Shown: positions 24,071-38,027, numbered from the whole stretch's first letter. The stretch: DNA of 63,029 nt, filler included, from Octopus bimaculoides (GCF_001194135.2; 8 parts of 8 records of this genome joined end to end with filler, not necessarily neighbours in it); one strand, 5' to 3'. Translations and numbers: made by a program. The notes: generated by a model from the sequence alone, not told the origin.

Positions 24071-24482
24071 ACTCTTTTATTCTTTTACTTGTTTCAGTCA
24101 TTTGACTGTGGCCATGCTGGAGCACCGCCTTTAGTCGAGCAAATCGACTCCAGGACTTATTCTTTGTAAGCCTAGTACTTATTCTATCGGTCTCTTTTGC
24201 CGAACCGCTAAGTTACGGGGATGTAAACACACCACCATCGGTTGTCAAATGAGGGTGGGTGGGACAAACCCAGACACAAACATATACACAAATACATATA
24301 TATATATACATATATACGACGGGCTTCTTTCAGTTTCCATCTACCAAATCCACTCACAAGGCTGTGGTCGGCCCGAGGCTATAGTAAAAGACACTTGCCC
24401 AAGGTGCCACGCTGTGGGAATGAACCCGGAACCATGTGGTTGGTAAGCAAGCTACTTACCACACAGCCACTCCTGCGCCTAT
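24071..24482 (-). mobile_element. Full-length SINE family B with central TA/CA microsatellite
   Basis: Complete head (aggcgcaggagtggctgtgtggtaagtagcttgcttacc), body and aaaagaataaaag tail on the minus strand. Confidence 0.85.
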
Positions 24483-25400
24483 TGTGAAAATTTCTAATAC
24501 ATTAATATATGTGTTACAGATCAATGAAGTTTTACAAGTTATACCGATGTTGAGGCCTTTCAATATTTTTGTTACTCTTGATGTGACTGGATCGTTCAAT
24601 AATTTTCGGAAGAGTCGAAGTAAACTTTGACTTCTAGCAAAGTTCTGCGCATAAAGCAATTTGTAATCTGATCAGTTTGTGAAATCGAAAAAAATTTTAT
24701 GAAGTTCTCAATTGAATTTTTTCTAATAAAAATCTTTTGAATTCTCTTAAGCATAGCACTTAATACTTGGATTACAAGAACAGCTTTTCTTTATGCAGTT
24801 TTAACTACCAAAATATGTTTGGCAAATAAATTTCTGCGCTATTATTCGTGGTTTAAAATCCACTAAGAAACAGCAGGAAGATGTGATAGCCATACCATAA
24901 ACAAATGGTTCACAAGCTATTTTCAGATACGAAAATAAAATGAAAAGAGCAAAAAATAAAATGAAAATAATCAAACCTAGAGACAAAATTCATCTTAATC
25001 ACTATTTTACAATACAAAATTAAAAGAATATAATGTTGAGTGGCATTCCTTTTATCATTCTTATTGTTACTTTGTCAGGTAGTGTAGATGTAAAATACAT
25101 GGGAGTATTTAATCATCTGTGAAGTTACAACATGGCCCTTAAACAGATAATACATTCCTTAAAATGTGCGCAGCACTAAGCAAGGCTGAGTTTTGTATGA
25201 CACCGATGTTGTATAGTATTCTCAAACGCTTTTAAGAAGTCTCGAAGTTTCTATGGGATTGATATTAATGCTCCGATCAAAACTGGCATCACATTTACAT
25301 TACCCTCTTGCGTTCCAATCAGTCTTACCACCTCCGGTTTCAATTTGGAGTACTTGGTATTTTTTTTTTCAACTTCTTTATTCGCAATATTCATATCATT

Positions 25401-25770
25401 TAAGGTGGTGAGTTGGCAGAATCATTTGCATGCCGAGTAAATGCTTAGCGACAGTTCGTCCGTTTTTATAGTCTGAGTTCAAATTCTACCGATGTCGACT
25501 TTGCCTTTCATCCTCCCTGGGTCGATAACTATAACTACCAGTGGAACACTGGGGACGATATAATCGACTATTCCCCTCCCACAAAATTTCAGCCCTTCCG
25601 CCTATAGTAGAAATGAATATTCATATCATTTAAGGTGGTGATCTGGCAAAATGGTTAGCATGCCGGGCCATCTGCTCAGTGGCATTTCGTCCGTCTTCAC
25701 ATTCTGAGTTCAAATACCGCCAAGGTTCACTGTGTCTCTTCCTCCGAATTTGCTGACCTTGTATCAAAAT
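25401..25770 (+). mobile_element. Two tandem family A SINEs with duplicated flank aatattcatatcat
   Basis: aatattcatatcatttaaggtggtga occurs at ~25387 and ~25617. Confidence 0.7.
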
Positions 25771-25974
25771 TGTATTATTTACTCTTAGTTATTCAACGAA
25801 TATGTTTTACAGGAACTCTTTCAAATAGTCGAACGTGTGGACATATAAACGTCGATTTAATATATTTATTGTATGGTCTGGAGGTTCATGGTCTCTTTCG
25901 TTTTGTTTTGTTTTATTTACAGAGATTCAATTGTCTTTTTAAATATAAACTATACAATTTTCCGAATGACATAA

Positions 25975-26155
25975 ATATTGAATTCAAATTTTGGCACAAG
26001 GCCATTAATTTCGGGGGAGGAGGTACGTCGATTACATCGACCCCAGTACTCAATTGGTAATTATTTCATCGACCCAGAAAATGAGAGGCAAAGTCGACTG
26101 CGGCGGAATTTGAACTCAGAACACAAAGACGGGCAAAATGCCGCTAAGCATTTTA
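25975..26155 (-). mobile_element. SINE family A
   Basis: ggcaaagtcgac..cggcggaatttgaactcagaac is the reverse complement of the B-box region. Confidence 0.7.
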
Positions 26156-26187
26156 AACACATGATATATTTGTGTGTGTGTGTATAC

Positions 26188-26248
<61 letters not shown>

Positions 26249-28579
26249 NNNNNNNNNNNNNNNNNNNNNNNNNNNNNNNNNNNNNNNNNNNNNNNNNNNN
26301 NNNNNNNNNNNNNNNNNNNNNNNNNNNNNNNNNNNNNNNNNNNNNNNNNNNNNNNNNNNNNNNNNNNNNNNNNNNNNNNNNNNNNNNNNNNNNNNNNNNN
26401 NNNNNNNNNNNNNNNNNNNNNNTGTGTGTGTGTGTGATCAGCCAATTGCGCTCCCCGTTTCAAGGGTTCGGCTTGCTAAGATCCTTCGGTTCCCTCTCTG
26501 TATGTATAGAATTGAATACACGATTTGACCTGCGACAGTCAAACCATTTACGTTTCGGATCTAATGTTAATTGTATTACATTCCCACCGTTGCTTTTCCG
26601 CACTCGTCGACCATATTCGAGGGTAGGCTATGGCGTAATACAAAGAACACACTAATTATAATAGAAATGAAAATGGGCATTGACTTAGTACTCCTTTATT
26701 TCAATTGTTACATCTAAGTGTCTGTCGATGTGTTTGTTTGCTCACTATGCTGGCCCTATAGGGTGAATTTAAGAATGGACTGATAACAAGAGCCTGGCTG
26801 GTTGTATGATCGCAAAACAACACAAAGTATCAATAATTATGCGCATGATGTAAGTGGATTAATATATATTATACTAGCAGAAGTAATCGGCGTCGCTCGG
26901 GATTCAAATACTACGATGTTTTTGATACTTAGTAAAATTCCTATACTCTCTTTTTCTCTCTTTTACTTGTTTCAATCATGTGACTGTGGCCATGCTCACT
27001 CAAACACTCACCATTAATCGGATACTGGTCTTTATGTCTGCAAGAACAGCCGGCTTCACTATGCTGTGCAGTTTTATGAGTAATTATTTTCTTGAAATTA
27101 GGTGTCGAACTAAAAACATCTTTACTGTTCATATTAATCTGTCAATTGAAATGCTTGTTTGTTCACGATATTTTGAATTATTCAGGTTTAAGGGAAGTGC
27201 CCACAATATTTGCTTGTAACTTTGTAAATTTGCTACATGCTGATTTGAAATTTTCTCAGAGGGTGCTTTATATGCCAATAATTATGTAATTTTAGCTGAT
27301 CTTGCTGACTAAACTTGACTTTTATGGGCAGGTAAATCTAATTAAAAGTGTAAATTTAATTAAAAGATGTAAAAGCAATGACATTATGGCTCAACACTAA
27401 AATTGAAACTATTAATGTATCTTACCTGTTTGATTTCTTACTAAAATTAATCCTAGATAGCAACCGACAAATATTTTGTCAATTTTCAAGATGATGTACA
27501 TTAATTTGAATTAATTAAATTACAGGTATAATCGGTACAAGATTTTATTCTTTCGGTAAATATTTCGTACCTCGGTATGGAATAATTTTTTCCACGGTTT
27601 TTTCGGGTGCATTCAAAGTACCTGACCTCCAAACCGCCGCAAGCCACTTTTTTTTTCAGGAAAAGAAGGGTGAGAGAGGTAGTGGGGATCTGGAAGTCTC
27701 CAACCAAGTGAGTTTTGTTTTGCAGGTCTTTTTTTTTTTTCTTTCCAGGTTATTTCGCACACTTTCAATGAATGTGACATCGAAATCTCGCGTAAACGGC
27801 TCCTTTTTCCAGCAAAGGACAGATTTGGCTGCTATTTCTAGCATGCTCTGCTACCACGTTACAGCTATTTGCGTTCACACCGAAATATTTACCAACTTCT
27901 TTCCTTCCATTTATTTTTTCCTCTTTATGAAAGTCAATATTTTCTCTTTTGACATCCACCTCAATTAATTTTGCTTTTCTCCCAGTTCTGTGGTTTCTGG
28001 AAGAAAAGCCTCCACATTATCTCAAAGGTACGAGAATTCACTAACCTGATTTGATTATTTTTTAAAAGATTTCGTGGGGGAATTAGATACAACAGGTTTT
28101 GGCCGGTTTAAACACTAAAGGGTTAAAACGAGCCAAAACTATAAAATCAGTTTTTTCGTTTTTGCTTTAGAGTTAAAAAATGCTGATTTTATAGTTTTAA
28201 ATTTTATTGGGACTAAAAAAGGCTGATTTCATAGTTTTGGCCCCTTTTGGGTTTTTTTTAAAAGCTTTTAGAGCCAGAAAAGGGTAAAATAACTCAAATG
28301 AAACACAATATTAGCATTAAACTAAAAAAAAAAATCTATTGATAAAGTGGTCGTAAAAATGAAAATTAAAAAAATTAAAAACACGCTATGTACATAATTT
28401 AATTTAATTACTGTTCCCTCTTGACAGAACAAAGAAATTTCCCGCTGTCGTTGTAAGCTACAAGTGGGTGGATTTGGTTTCAAACCCAGGCAGGGCCAAA
28501 CGAGATCCTACAAGTTATTTATAGTGATAAGTGGTGTTATATCGGGGTTGAAAGAATGACGAGTACAATATTCGTTTCT

Positions 28580-28790
28580 ACTCCAGGCACATGGTCCGAA
28601 ATTTTCGGGGAAGAGGCCAGTCAATTAGATCGACCTCAGTACGCAACTGGTTCTTAATTTATCGACCCTGAAAGGATGAAAAGCAAAGTCGACCTCGGCG
28701 GAATTTGAATTCAGAACATAAAGACACATGAAATACCGCTAAGCATTTCGTCTGGCCTGCTATCGTTTCTACCGTCTCGCCGCCTTAATG
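28580..28790 (-). mobile_element. SINE family A
   Basis: gaaaggatgaaaagcaaagtcgacctcggcggaatttgaattcagaac..gctaagcatttcg. Confidence 0.75.
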
Positions 28791-30811
28791 ACGCATACAT
28801 TATCAAATATGCTAAGACAATCTGAAACCAATAGAAACTTTTAAACGCTTACCGACTGTTATGAAATTTTGGGGTTAACGGACTTGAGTTAAATGTAACG
28901 GGAGTTAATTAATCCGATAATGATTTTCAAAGTTGACTTAAATGTTAAATCTTTAACGAAAATGTTAACTGCGTTAATTAATGATAAACGGACTAACGAG
29001 CTTACACTCAGCTCTGTATACATATATNNNNNNNNNNNNNNNNNNNNNNNNNNNNNNNNNNNNNNNNNNNNNNNNNNNNNNNNNNNNNNNNNNNNNNNNN
29101 NNNNNNNNNNNNNNNNNNNNNNNNNNNNNNNNNNNNNNNNNNNNNNNNNNNNNNNNNNNNNNNNNNNNATATATACACGCACACAAATGCGTACATACAT
29201 ACACACACACATACATACTACATTTGTATATACACCGATGCAATGACCCATTTTTTACCATCAAAACTCTCAACACTTAGTCATACCAATGACCTTCAAG
29301 TTACAATTCTGTCAGCGAGACTTTAACTTCACTCCATAACCTTTCTCATCCTTATTAAAGAATTTAAGAATGTCATTTTCTTTTGACCCTGCGATGCTGA
29401 AGTGGAGGGAAATTCATTTTCATGTTTCACGTGTGTTTTTGCAGCAGCAGCAGAAGTCACTGTCTTTCACTACTTGGCTGTTCTCTCTTCCGAACAACCG
29501 GCTATTCTTTTCAGCTGACGGATGGTTTTGGTTGGCCATCTTGATTTTATCAAAAAATGAGGGGCGTCTTAGCCCAAACAAGTTCCAAAATAGCCCCTAA
29601 GGGCTACAAATGGAGAACAACTAACCAGTTCCCCCAAGGTCCTAGTTTGTTTAGCTAAGTAACAGTAACTGTACAATTAGTTCCTTATATTTATATGTCC
29701 AGCCAGAAAATGGACAAATATATCCAGTAAGTCCAACAATCCGAAGTAATTTTCATTATGCTAAGAGCCAATAATTTCCTCACTACCACAGGGAAAACTA
29801 CTAAAATCTTTATAACAATAAACGAAACTAGATTTGTGATCACTGAATCGCACTAATTATTTTTATTAATTCATTGAATAAAAGACTGAATTAAAATACA
29901 TTTTTATTATAGAGGATATTTTGAATCATAGATTAAATCCGAATATTGACTCCCCTGTTAGTATTATACCTTTGTTGGGATCACGTCCAAATAAGGAAAA
30001 ATAATCTTGAATTGCAAAATTCTTGAACCAAAACAGTTATTTTATCAATTTATAATTCGCAGGGAAAAGCACATAGACACACGCACAGTACTTTGATAAA
30101 ATGTTGTGAATTGAGAAGATGAAAGACAAAGTCAACCTCGTCAGCATTTGAACTCAAAAGATAAAGCCGGACGTTATATTGCTAAACATTTTGTCCGGCG
30201 TCAAGCGATTCTGCCAGCTCATCCTCTTTGCGATAGCAATATAATAATAAAACATGCACAAAATCACTAATTTGGAATGGATAGATTTCTCATATTTAAT
30301 GTGAGGTCTTTGAAAATGTGGGACCTATACAATATAGTATTGTAAATTAGTATTGTAAACAAATTTAGTCTGACACTTGACCTACCAAATTTCCTCACAT
30401 ATGATACAAAATATGTCAAACTGCTTGTCTGTGTTCTGTCTGTTTAATCAAGGCTGACTTGGAACTGACTATAACACCAACAAAAAGTTATTGTAAACAA
30501 GTTGATAAATGCTGGTATTAATAGATTAGTAACCTATTCCAGCTAAACTGAAAGTGTGAGAACAACATGACTGAGAGTAATATACAGTGAAATTAGTACT
30601 CATGGACCTGGAAAAAAAAAAGCGACCTCGATTATAGGAATAGTCTTTGCAAGCTAAGCTACTAACCTACTTATTTTCGGTTAACTTAGAGCATAATTAT
30701 ATCATGTTGTCTGCACAGATTTGTGTATAGGAAGTAAACCACACTCATCCTAAAGAAATCTGGGCTCTTAGCGAAAATACAAATACATTATTGCAGCAAT
30801 AACATAGGATT

Positions 30812-31181
30812 ATGGATGTTTCAGCATCGTATTTTGTAGAAGCTATTAATATACAAAGTCTTCTGCTTGGATTAGTCACTTTATTGCTCGTACGATGGCT
30901 TATAACTAGATCGAAATATAATTACAATTTACCCCCGGGTCCAATAGCTTTTCCAATTATTGGAAATATACCTCAGATGGCTACAACCACAGATATCAAT
31001 TTAAAGATGAAAGATCTTCGAAAACAATTTGGAGATATCTTCAGACTCAAATTTGGTTCTGAAACCTTGGTGATTGTATGCAAAACAGAGTGGATTTTAG
31101 AAGGATTGGTAAAGAAAGGAGATGAATTGAAAGGAAGACCTTACTGGATGTACCTACCGAAGAGATTAATCCAAAAGAAAG
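30812..31181 (+). CDS. Cytochrome P450 (clan 2) plus-strand paralog, exon 1 (no later exons visible)
   Basis: 370-bp exon ending AAG AAA G|gtaagt; same length as, and about three-quarters identical in protein to, the minus-strand exon 1. Confidence 0.92.
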
Positions 31182-32207
31182 GTAAGTCATTTATTTATGG
31201 CAACAAATGTCATCGCTTTCATCCCCCACCCCTTACATTTTTCCCGTTCCACAACACAGAACTCAATTCTACCTCTACATTCCCCTATTTTGTTTGACGA
31301 TTTTAATCTGTGTTTCTTTGTTTCTTATTTCGGAGTCCCGTTGGTCGAACAACTGCCTACTCGATCTGTTTACTCTTTTCCTAGTTTTCAAAGGAAATTG
31401 TGCAAGCATATCACCACTATATTTCATCCCTCTTAGCGTTATTTCCGACTATTGTTACTTTTAGACCGGAATGTCACCAATTTACTTTGATGCTTTATAT
31501 TCTGTTTTGTCAAAGCTTTTTAGCAGTCACGCCTTGAGAGTTAGTCACAAAACTGGTAGAGTGATACTATCGGTAGGTTTCTTAATCTCGTTAACTGCAA
31601 TTCAGTAGTGAATGAAGAGAATTCCGTATTTCTGTTGGATTCTTTGTTGTATTTGTTAAGTACGAACAACTTGTCTTTTCTTTAACACATAAAATACAGT
31701 TCTAAAACTAACAAAATGGTAGCCAAACTCCCTCAAATAACACACAGATTTATAGACGGGTGTATATAATGGATATTATAAACCCTGGTAGAGAAAGATA
31801 TACTTTAATAGTCATAAACGAACGACACTTCATGTATATAAAAGGCGTAATAGATATGAGCAGAACGTTATATGTCATAGATAATGATGCGACGAGGGTT
31901 AATCAATAACTAAGAGAATATTCTCACGTCAACCATCTGGTTATTCATTCGATGTGCTTGAAATAGCAGCCAAGAATACCTCAAACCATGCAGTTGTAAA
32001 AAGAAAATAACATTGCACTATGTAGCCGCTGGTTGACCAGATAGCAGGAAGGTCGTGGTTTGGAGGCCTTTATCATAGCTAATTACAGCTAATCAGGGGT
32101 TGTGCAACAACTAATGGAACCTCTATGCAGGAGGGTCCGCTATAAAATCATACCCGCCATCTTTTCCGCATTGAAAACGTAATGATGGCTGGATGGCTGG
32201 ACGGACG

Positions 32208-32245
<38 letters not shown>

Positions 32246-32545
32246 AGAGAGAGAGAGAGAGGATGAGAGAGAAAGAGAGAGGATGAGAGAGAGAGAGAGG
32301 ATGAGAGAGAGAATGTAACAATTACAGGATACAGTAAACAAAACCATTGGCCCGAATATGATTTTTTATAATAACAAGTTTTATTTTCGTTGCGTGTATA
32401 GGAATTCAGAAAGGAAAATATCTTTTCATAGCGTGTTAATTCTTGNNNNNNNNNNNNNNNNNNNNNNNNNNNNNNNNNNNNNNNNNNNNTTAATTAATTA
32501 ANNNNNNNNNNNNNNNNNNNNNNNNNNNNNNNNNNNNNNNNNNNN

Positions 32546-32580
<35 letters not shown>

Positions 32581-33639
32581 CATACATATACACACATATA
32601 TATAAATGCATATATATATACATACACACATATACTCACTCAAGTGTACATATATATTGGCAAGCGGGTTTGTGTGTATGCGTGTGTGTATGTGTGTGTG
32701 TTTCTGGTTTTGTTTAGTTTTTCTTTTCTGAATTACTATAAAATACAGAATGGTGTCAAAGTGTTGTGAATGTCTACTCTTTTAAAGAATTGATACAAAG
32801 AAAATGGCTCCATTTCATAACAGTTTATTACAGAAGAACAGCGAAAATAAACTACATTTCTTAAACCACGTGTCAGACAGAAGACAGGCCTATATTATAT
32901 ATTCATTATTATTGTTATTATTATTATTATCATTATTATTATCATGGCGGCAGGGGTAGTAGTTGTAGTAGTAGTCGTTTTATTTTGTTATTTTGTTACA
33001 TTTTCATTTATTATCGTTTTAGCTATATTTTGTTTCACTGGTTCAACATCCACACGAACGTTCGCTCTGCTAACAATAGCTGTTGAGTATCCCTCAGAAC
33101 ACACACTACTATGGGAAATTGAGAAGGATACATCAAACAACGAAGTCTCCGATATCAAAGTAAATCTGAAACCAAATAGAAAAGCTATTTTATTTTCCCC
33201 TCTAGTTTTCATGTAGAAACTGGAGAAGGTTGATCAAAGAAACCATGAAATATGTTGTTCGTTTCCTTGAATATATTTGTAAAAGAATATCAGAATATCA
33301 AAATTGTATTGGTAGGTTACTAGGCCGTAATTGAATGTCTTGGGAAAATATCATTGGTATAAAAATTAATTATGAGCGACCGAAGCAGAAATAATACGAA
33401 AAAGTAATTTTTATATCAAACTTAACATGGATGTCTTGTTGGAACACCGAATATTACTTTATTAGCATTGAGTGATTTCACTGTATTTAGATTAAACTTT
33501 AAGGTAAGCTTTCACAATCTGGAAGAGGACTGTATGCAACTGTTAGCTACGGGTATCGACTACCTACAGAACATTTCGTATGCTCTGTCAGATGCTTCCT
33601 GCACGAGTTCAGGGCCTTGGGTAGAAAAGAATATTAGAG

Positions 33640-34015
33640 CGGCGACCTGGCAGAATCGTTAGCACGCCGGGCGAAATGCTTAGCGGTATTTCACCCGTTG
33701 CGTTCTGAGTTCAAATTCCACCGAGATCGACTTTGCCTTTCATCCTTTCGGGGTCGATTAAATAAGTACCAGATATAATCGACTTAATCGTTTGTCTGTC
33801 TTTGTTTGTCCCCTCTGTGTATAGCCCCTTGTGGGCAGTAAAGAAATAGGTATTTCACCCGTTGCTACGTTCTGAGTTCAAATTCCACCGAGATCAACTT
33901 TGCCTTTTATCCTTACGGGGTCGATAAATTAAGTACCAGTTGCATACTAGAGTCGATATAATCAACTAGCCCCTCCCCCAAAAATTTCAGGCCTTGTGCC
34001 TACAGTAGAAAAGAA
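33640..34015 (+). mobile_element. Tandem/partially duplicated family A SINE
   Basis: ggtatttcacccgttgc..ttctgagttcaaattccaccgagatc occurs twice (~33684 and ~33849). Confidence 0.75.
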
Positions 34016-34774
34016 TAATCACTCTTGACAAATATTTCGTAGCTTTTCTTTTCTTCCTTACACACACTTTCGCCATCTTTCCATCAAACCAGGTAGTTAG
34101 TTAAGTTTAGTTTAGTTAAGTTTAGTTATTATAATCCAACCAATCAATAATAAAGTCCGTTGGTTGCATATCAAAGTGGAAGCATTCTTTGGAGAAGATT
34201 TCTTAGCAACAAGGAACAGCCACTAGCCAAACTACGATAATTATATTAGAAAACTAACAAAACAGATAAACTGCACATTTAATCTACATTTTCGTATTGT
34301 TGTATATACATTTAATATCGATTCCTAATGCTACTAAGTTGGTGTTGAAAAACGCAATTAGATTATTGTTCACGCTTCTAGGCCTTTCTACAAATCATCT
34401 CAGCTTCTAATTGAATATACTTCATATATGTAAGCAATTCGTCTTTTCAACATTCAAAAGTTCACAGTCGTTATTAATTGTTTGTCGAAAGACAGAGAGA
34501 GAGAGAGGGGGGGAGCGGTGAGGCAAAGAGAGTAAGGTAGGGAGAGGGAGAAGGAGGGTAAGGAAGAGAGAGATTGAGAGAGAAGAAGGGGTGGGAGGGA
34601 TGCGGCAAACAACGGGTTTTTTTTTTGTTCTTGCTTTTCGTATTTTGTGTGTGTATGTGTGNNNNNNNNNNNNNNNNNNNNNNNNNNNNNNNNNNNNNNN
34701 NNNNNNNNNNNNNNNNNNNNNNNNNNNNNNNNNNNNNNNNNNNNNNNNNNNNNNNNNNNNNNNNNNNNNNNNNN

Positions 34775-34812
<38 letters not shown>

Positions 34813-35339
34813 CACATATATATATATAGCTTCGTTGCTAATGATGAGAAGGAGGAGGAGACAGATGTTGCGACTGGTGCTGCTACTAGTGTTACTGATG
34901 ACGAAGATGATGATGAGGAAAGATGATGATGATGACGACGATAATGATGATGATGACGATGACGCTAATGATGATGGTGATTACGATTATGGCGATGATG
35001 ATAATGATGATGATGACGATGACGTCGACGAGGACGATGATGATGATTCTGCTGTTTGACCGCGGGTTAGCAGGTGATTCAGTTAGCGAAAATGAAAGAC
35101 CTTCCAGCCGCGACCGTCACACCTTTTCTTCTCTTAGACCTAGGTGTGATTCTCACTTCTTAATAATCAAAAAATATAACGATAGCGTGTGATATTGGAG
35201 GAGATTTGGCTGCTATTAATGTATGTAATGATGGTGTTGGCGGTGTGGGTAGCTATGGAAGGGTGGTATGGTTCCTGTGAACGGTTGTGGTGGTTGTGTG
35301 ACGGTGGTGTGGTGGTGTGGTGGTGTTCAAGCCTTTCAT

Positions 35340-35480
35340 CTTTGCAAGCACGCAAGTGCCATCAGCTGGGCCTGCCCGAGGTGCGCGCAGAGCGACGAAA
35401 CCGTTCTGCACGCCCTCGTCCAGTGCTCGAGCATAGCTGCCCTGTGGGTTTATGTCGAACACCTGCTGTTCTTATCATGT
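35340..35480 (+). mobile_element. Tx1/L1-like LINE zinc-knuckle fragment
   Basis: CPRCAQSDETVLHALVQC (CCHC-type motif of non-LTR ORF2) followed by LW in ORF 35268-35519. Confidence 0.65.
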
Positions 35481-36583
35481 ACTGGGGGTCATCTATTCAA
35501 CTATCCCCTCTTACTATAATTTGTGGTCTCATGCATGAATTCAATTCTGCAAATATTCACCACGACAGCTTTGGGATAAACAAAATTATTTGGTGCGCTT
35601 ATATAGTGTAAAACTTGTCTGTGACGACCTCGGGTTTGCCGGAGTCATTTGCTACACTGGCATTATCCAAAAGTCAACGGAAAGGTAGTTTCTAAGGGAA
35701 GTGGTGAATTCTATCCATAATCTGTTCCAAGATTGCTTTAAGAAGAGACTTATTTGTTGCATATTTGCATATACTCAAGCGAGATCTCTGATCCTATGGA
35801 CAACTTTCTTACCTCTTGTTTTTTCGTGTATTATCATGAATATACGCCAATATTCGTCCACATGGGAACGCTACGAATTGGCTTTTGAGTAAAATTTTTC
35901 CATCTTTTGCCTAAACCGAGAAGTCTTCTTCCTAGCAAACCGCAGTGACAATAGTCTTTGCGCATATCAAATATGTCCGAAGCATACTGTAACTCATCGT
36001 AAAGTTGGTTTGACTCACAACTCTGCTTCGCTCGCCAACCATGTATTTTGGAAAAGAAGCTGAAAATCGTTTCTCCAAGCGAGCAGAAGAAATTTGATGG
36101 ATGTTTATATTTGGATTTCCATATTTCACTTCGTCGTTTATGATTCAGGTTCAATATTTATGGATTATGTAATTCAAATATTTTTTTGTTGATGAATTTC
36201 TCGCTTTTTTTTTTGTTTGTTTGTTTTTTTTTCATATCTATGTATAAGGCATACAACCTCCAATAGCGTTTCTGTGTATTGCCTTGAGAATCCAAACCCT
36301 CAGTACAATCTATGTGTATGTGCGTCTGTATGTGTGTGTGTGTGTGATGCTTATATTATTAAAGTTTATTTATTCCTAACACGTCCATTCATATACATTC
36401 GTTCGCTTACACACACACTCACACGTACACACACACGCACACACCAGTAGAGAAATAAATATGCATCGATGTGTGTGTGTGTGTATTTGTATGTGTGTTT
36501 GTGTGTATTTGTAAGCAAACGAAAGAACATGAATATTATATTATATAACATGTATATATATGTGTGTGTATGTATATATATAT

Positions 36584-36615
<32 letters not shown>

Positions 36616-36852
36616 NNNNNNNNNNNNNNNNNNNNNNNNNNNNNNNNNNNNNNNNNNNNTTAATTAATTAANNNNNNNNNNNNNNNNNNNNNNNNNNNNN
36701 NNNNNNNNNNNNNNNATTTGTATTTCACTCATAGCATTATTACTCTAAAATGACTAGTTATCTTTAGGTATCAGCGTTTATTAATCATAGTAATGCCACA
36801 AAATGACTGATCTACACGAATGGTGTATGGTTTTGATGCACACAATATTCGT

Positions 36853-37316
36853 GCTGCACGAGTTCATAAGCTGACCAAGACACTCACATGGAATAACATC
36901 AACGAGGTTTATATTTCAAAATAGTCCCCCTTGCAGTCCACACATTTCTTCAATCGGAGTTTCAGTGTTTGGATCCCATTGCTGAAGAAGCATTCAACCC
37001 GTCGTTAAAAAATATCGACAGCCGATATGACATCATCGCCATTGCGATCCTAGTTCCCAGCCAAGTGTCCTTTCATGTTGGGACACAGACAGTTGTCAGA
37101 TGGGACCAAATCAGGAGAGTAGGGTAAGTGATCANNNNNNNNNNNNNNNNNNNNNNNNNNNNNNNCAGTCACACACAGCAGCCATTAAAATCAAGGACTT
37201 CTCTGCTGGAGAATTTGTTCTGGTGAAGCAAAACCACTTTCATCAGTTTTCCCAGACATTCGATGTTGATAGCCTTTCGCAACTGCCTCAGTAAGTTGCC
37301 ACAGTACTCTCCATTG
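36853..37316 (-). mobile_element. Mariner transposase 3' relic
   Basis: Minus translation EYCGNLLRQLRKAI..VLLHQN..LPYSPDLVPSD..GIQTL..KKCVDCKGDY; YSPDL.PSD is the mariner catalytic-domain motif. Confidence 0.85.
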
Positions 37317-38027
37317 NNNNNNNNNNNNNNNNNNNNNNNNNNNNNNNNNNNNNNNNNNNNNNNNNNNNNNNNNNNNNNNNNNNNNNNNNNNNNNNNNNNN
37401 NNNNNNNNNNNNNNNNNNNNNNNNNNNNNNNNNNNNNNNNNNNNNNNNNNNNNNNNNNNNNNNNNNNNNNNNNNNNNNNNNNNNNNNNNNNNNNNNNNNN
37501 NNNNNNNNNNNNNNNNNNNNNNNNNNNNNNNNNNNNNNNNNNNNNNNNNNNNNNNNNNNNNNNNNNNNNNNNNNNNNNNNNNNNNNNNNNNNNNNNNNNN
37601 NNNNNNNNNNNNNNNNNNNNNNNNNNNNNNNNNNNNNNNNNNNNNNNNNNNNNNNNNNNNNNNNNNNNNNNNNNNNNNNNNNNNNNNNNNNNNNNNNNNN
37701 NNNNNNNNNNNNNNNNNNNNNNNNNNNNNNNNNNNNNNNNNNNNNNNNNNNNNNNNNNNNNNNNNNNNNNNNNNNNNNNNNNNNNNNNNNNNNNNNNNNN
37801 NNNNNNNNNNNNNNNNNNNNNNNNNNNNNNNNNNNNNNNNNNNNNNNNNNNNNNNNNNNNNNNNNNNNNNNNNNNNNNNNNNNNNNNNNNNNNNNNNNNN
37901 NNNNNNNNNNNNNNNNNNNNNNNNNNNNNNNNNNNNNNNNNCACTTTTGCAATGTTGATAAAGCTGGAATGTCATGCCCTAATGTAGCAACTTGATATCA
38001 ATTCGTCTGTAACCACTACGATTTCAG

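Noticed and set aside
27187-28425. Kolobok-like DNA element (ttaaggg.. left end)
   Set aside because: Right end and TTAA TSD could not be confirmed.
34574-35059. Acidic poly-Asp protein ORF
   Set aside because: (GAT/GAC)n microsatellite; the ORF also spans an N gap.
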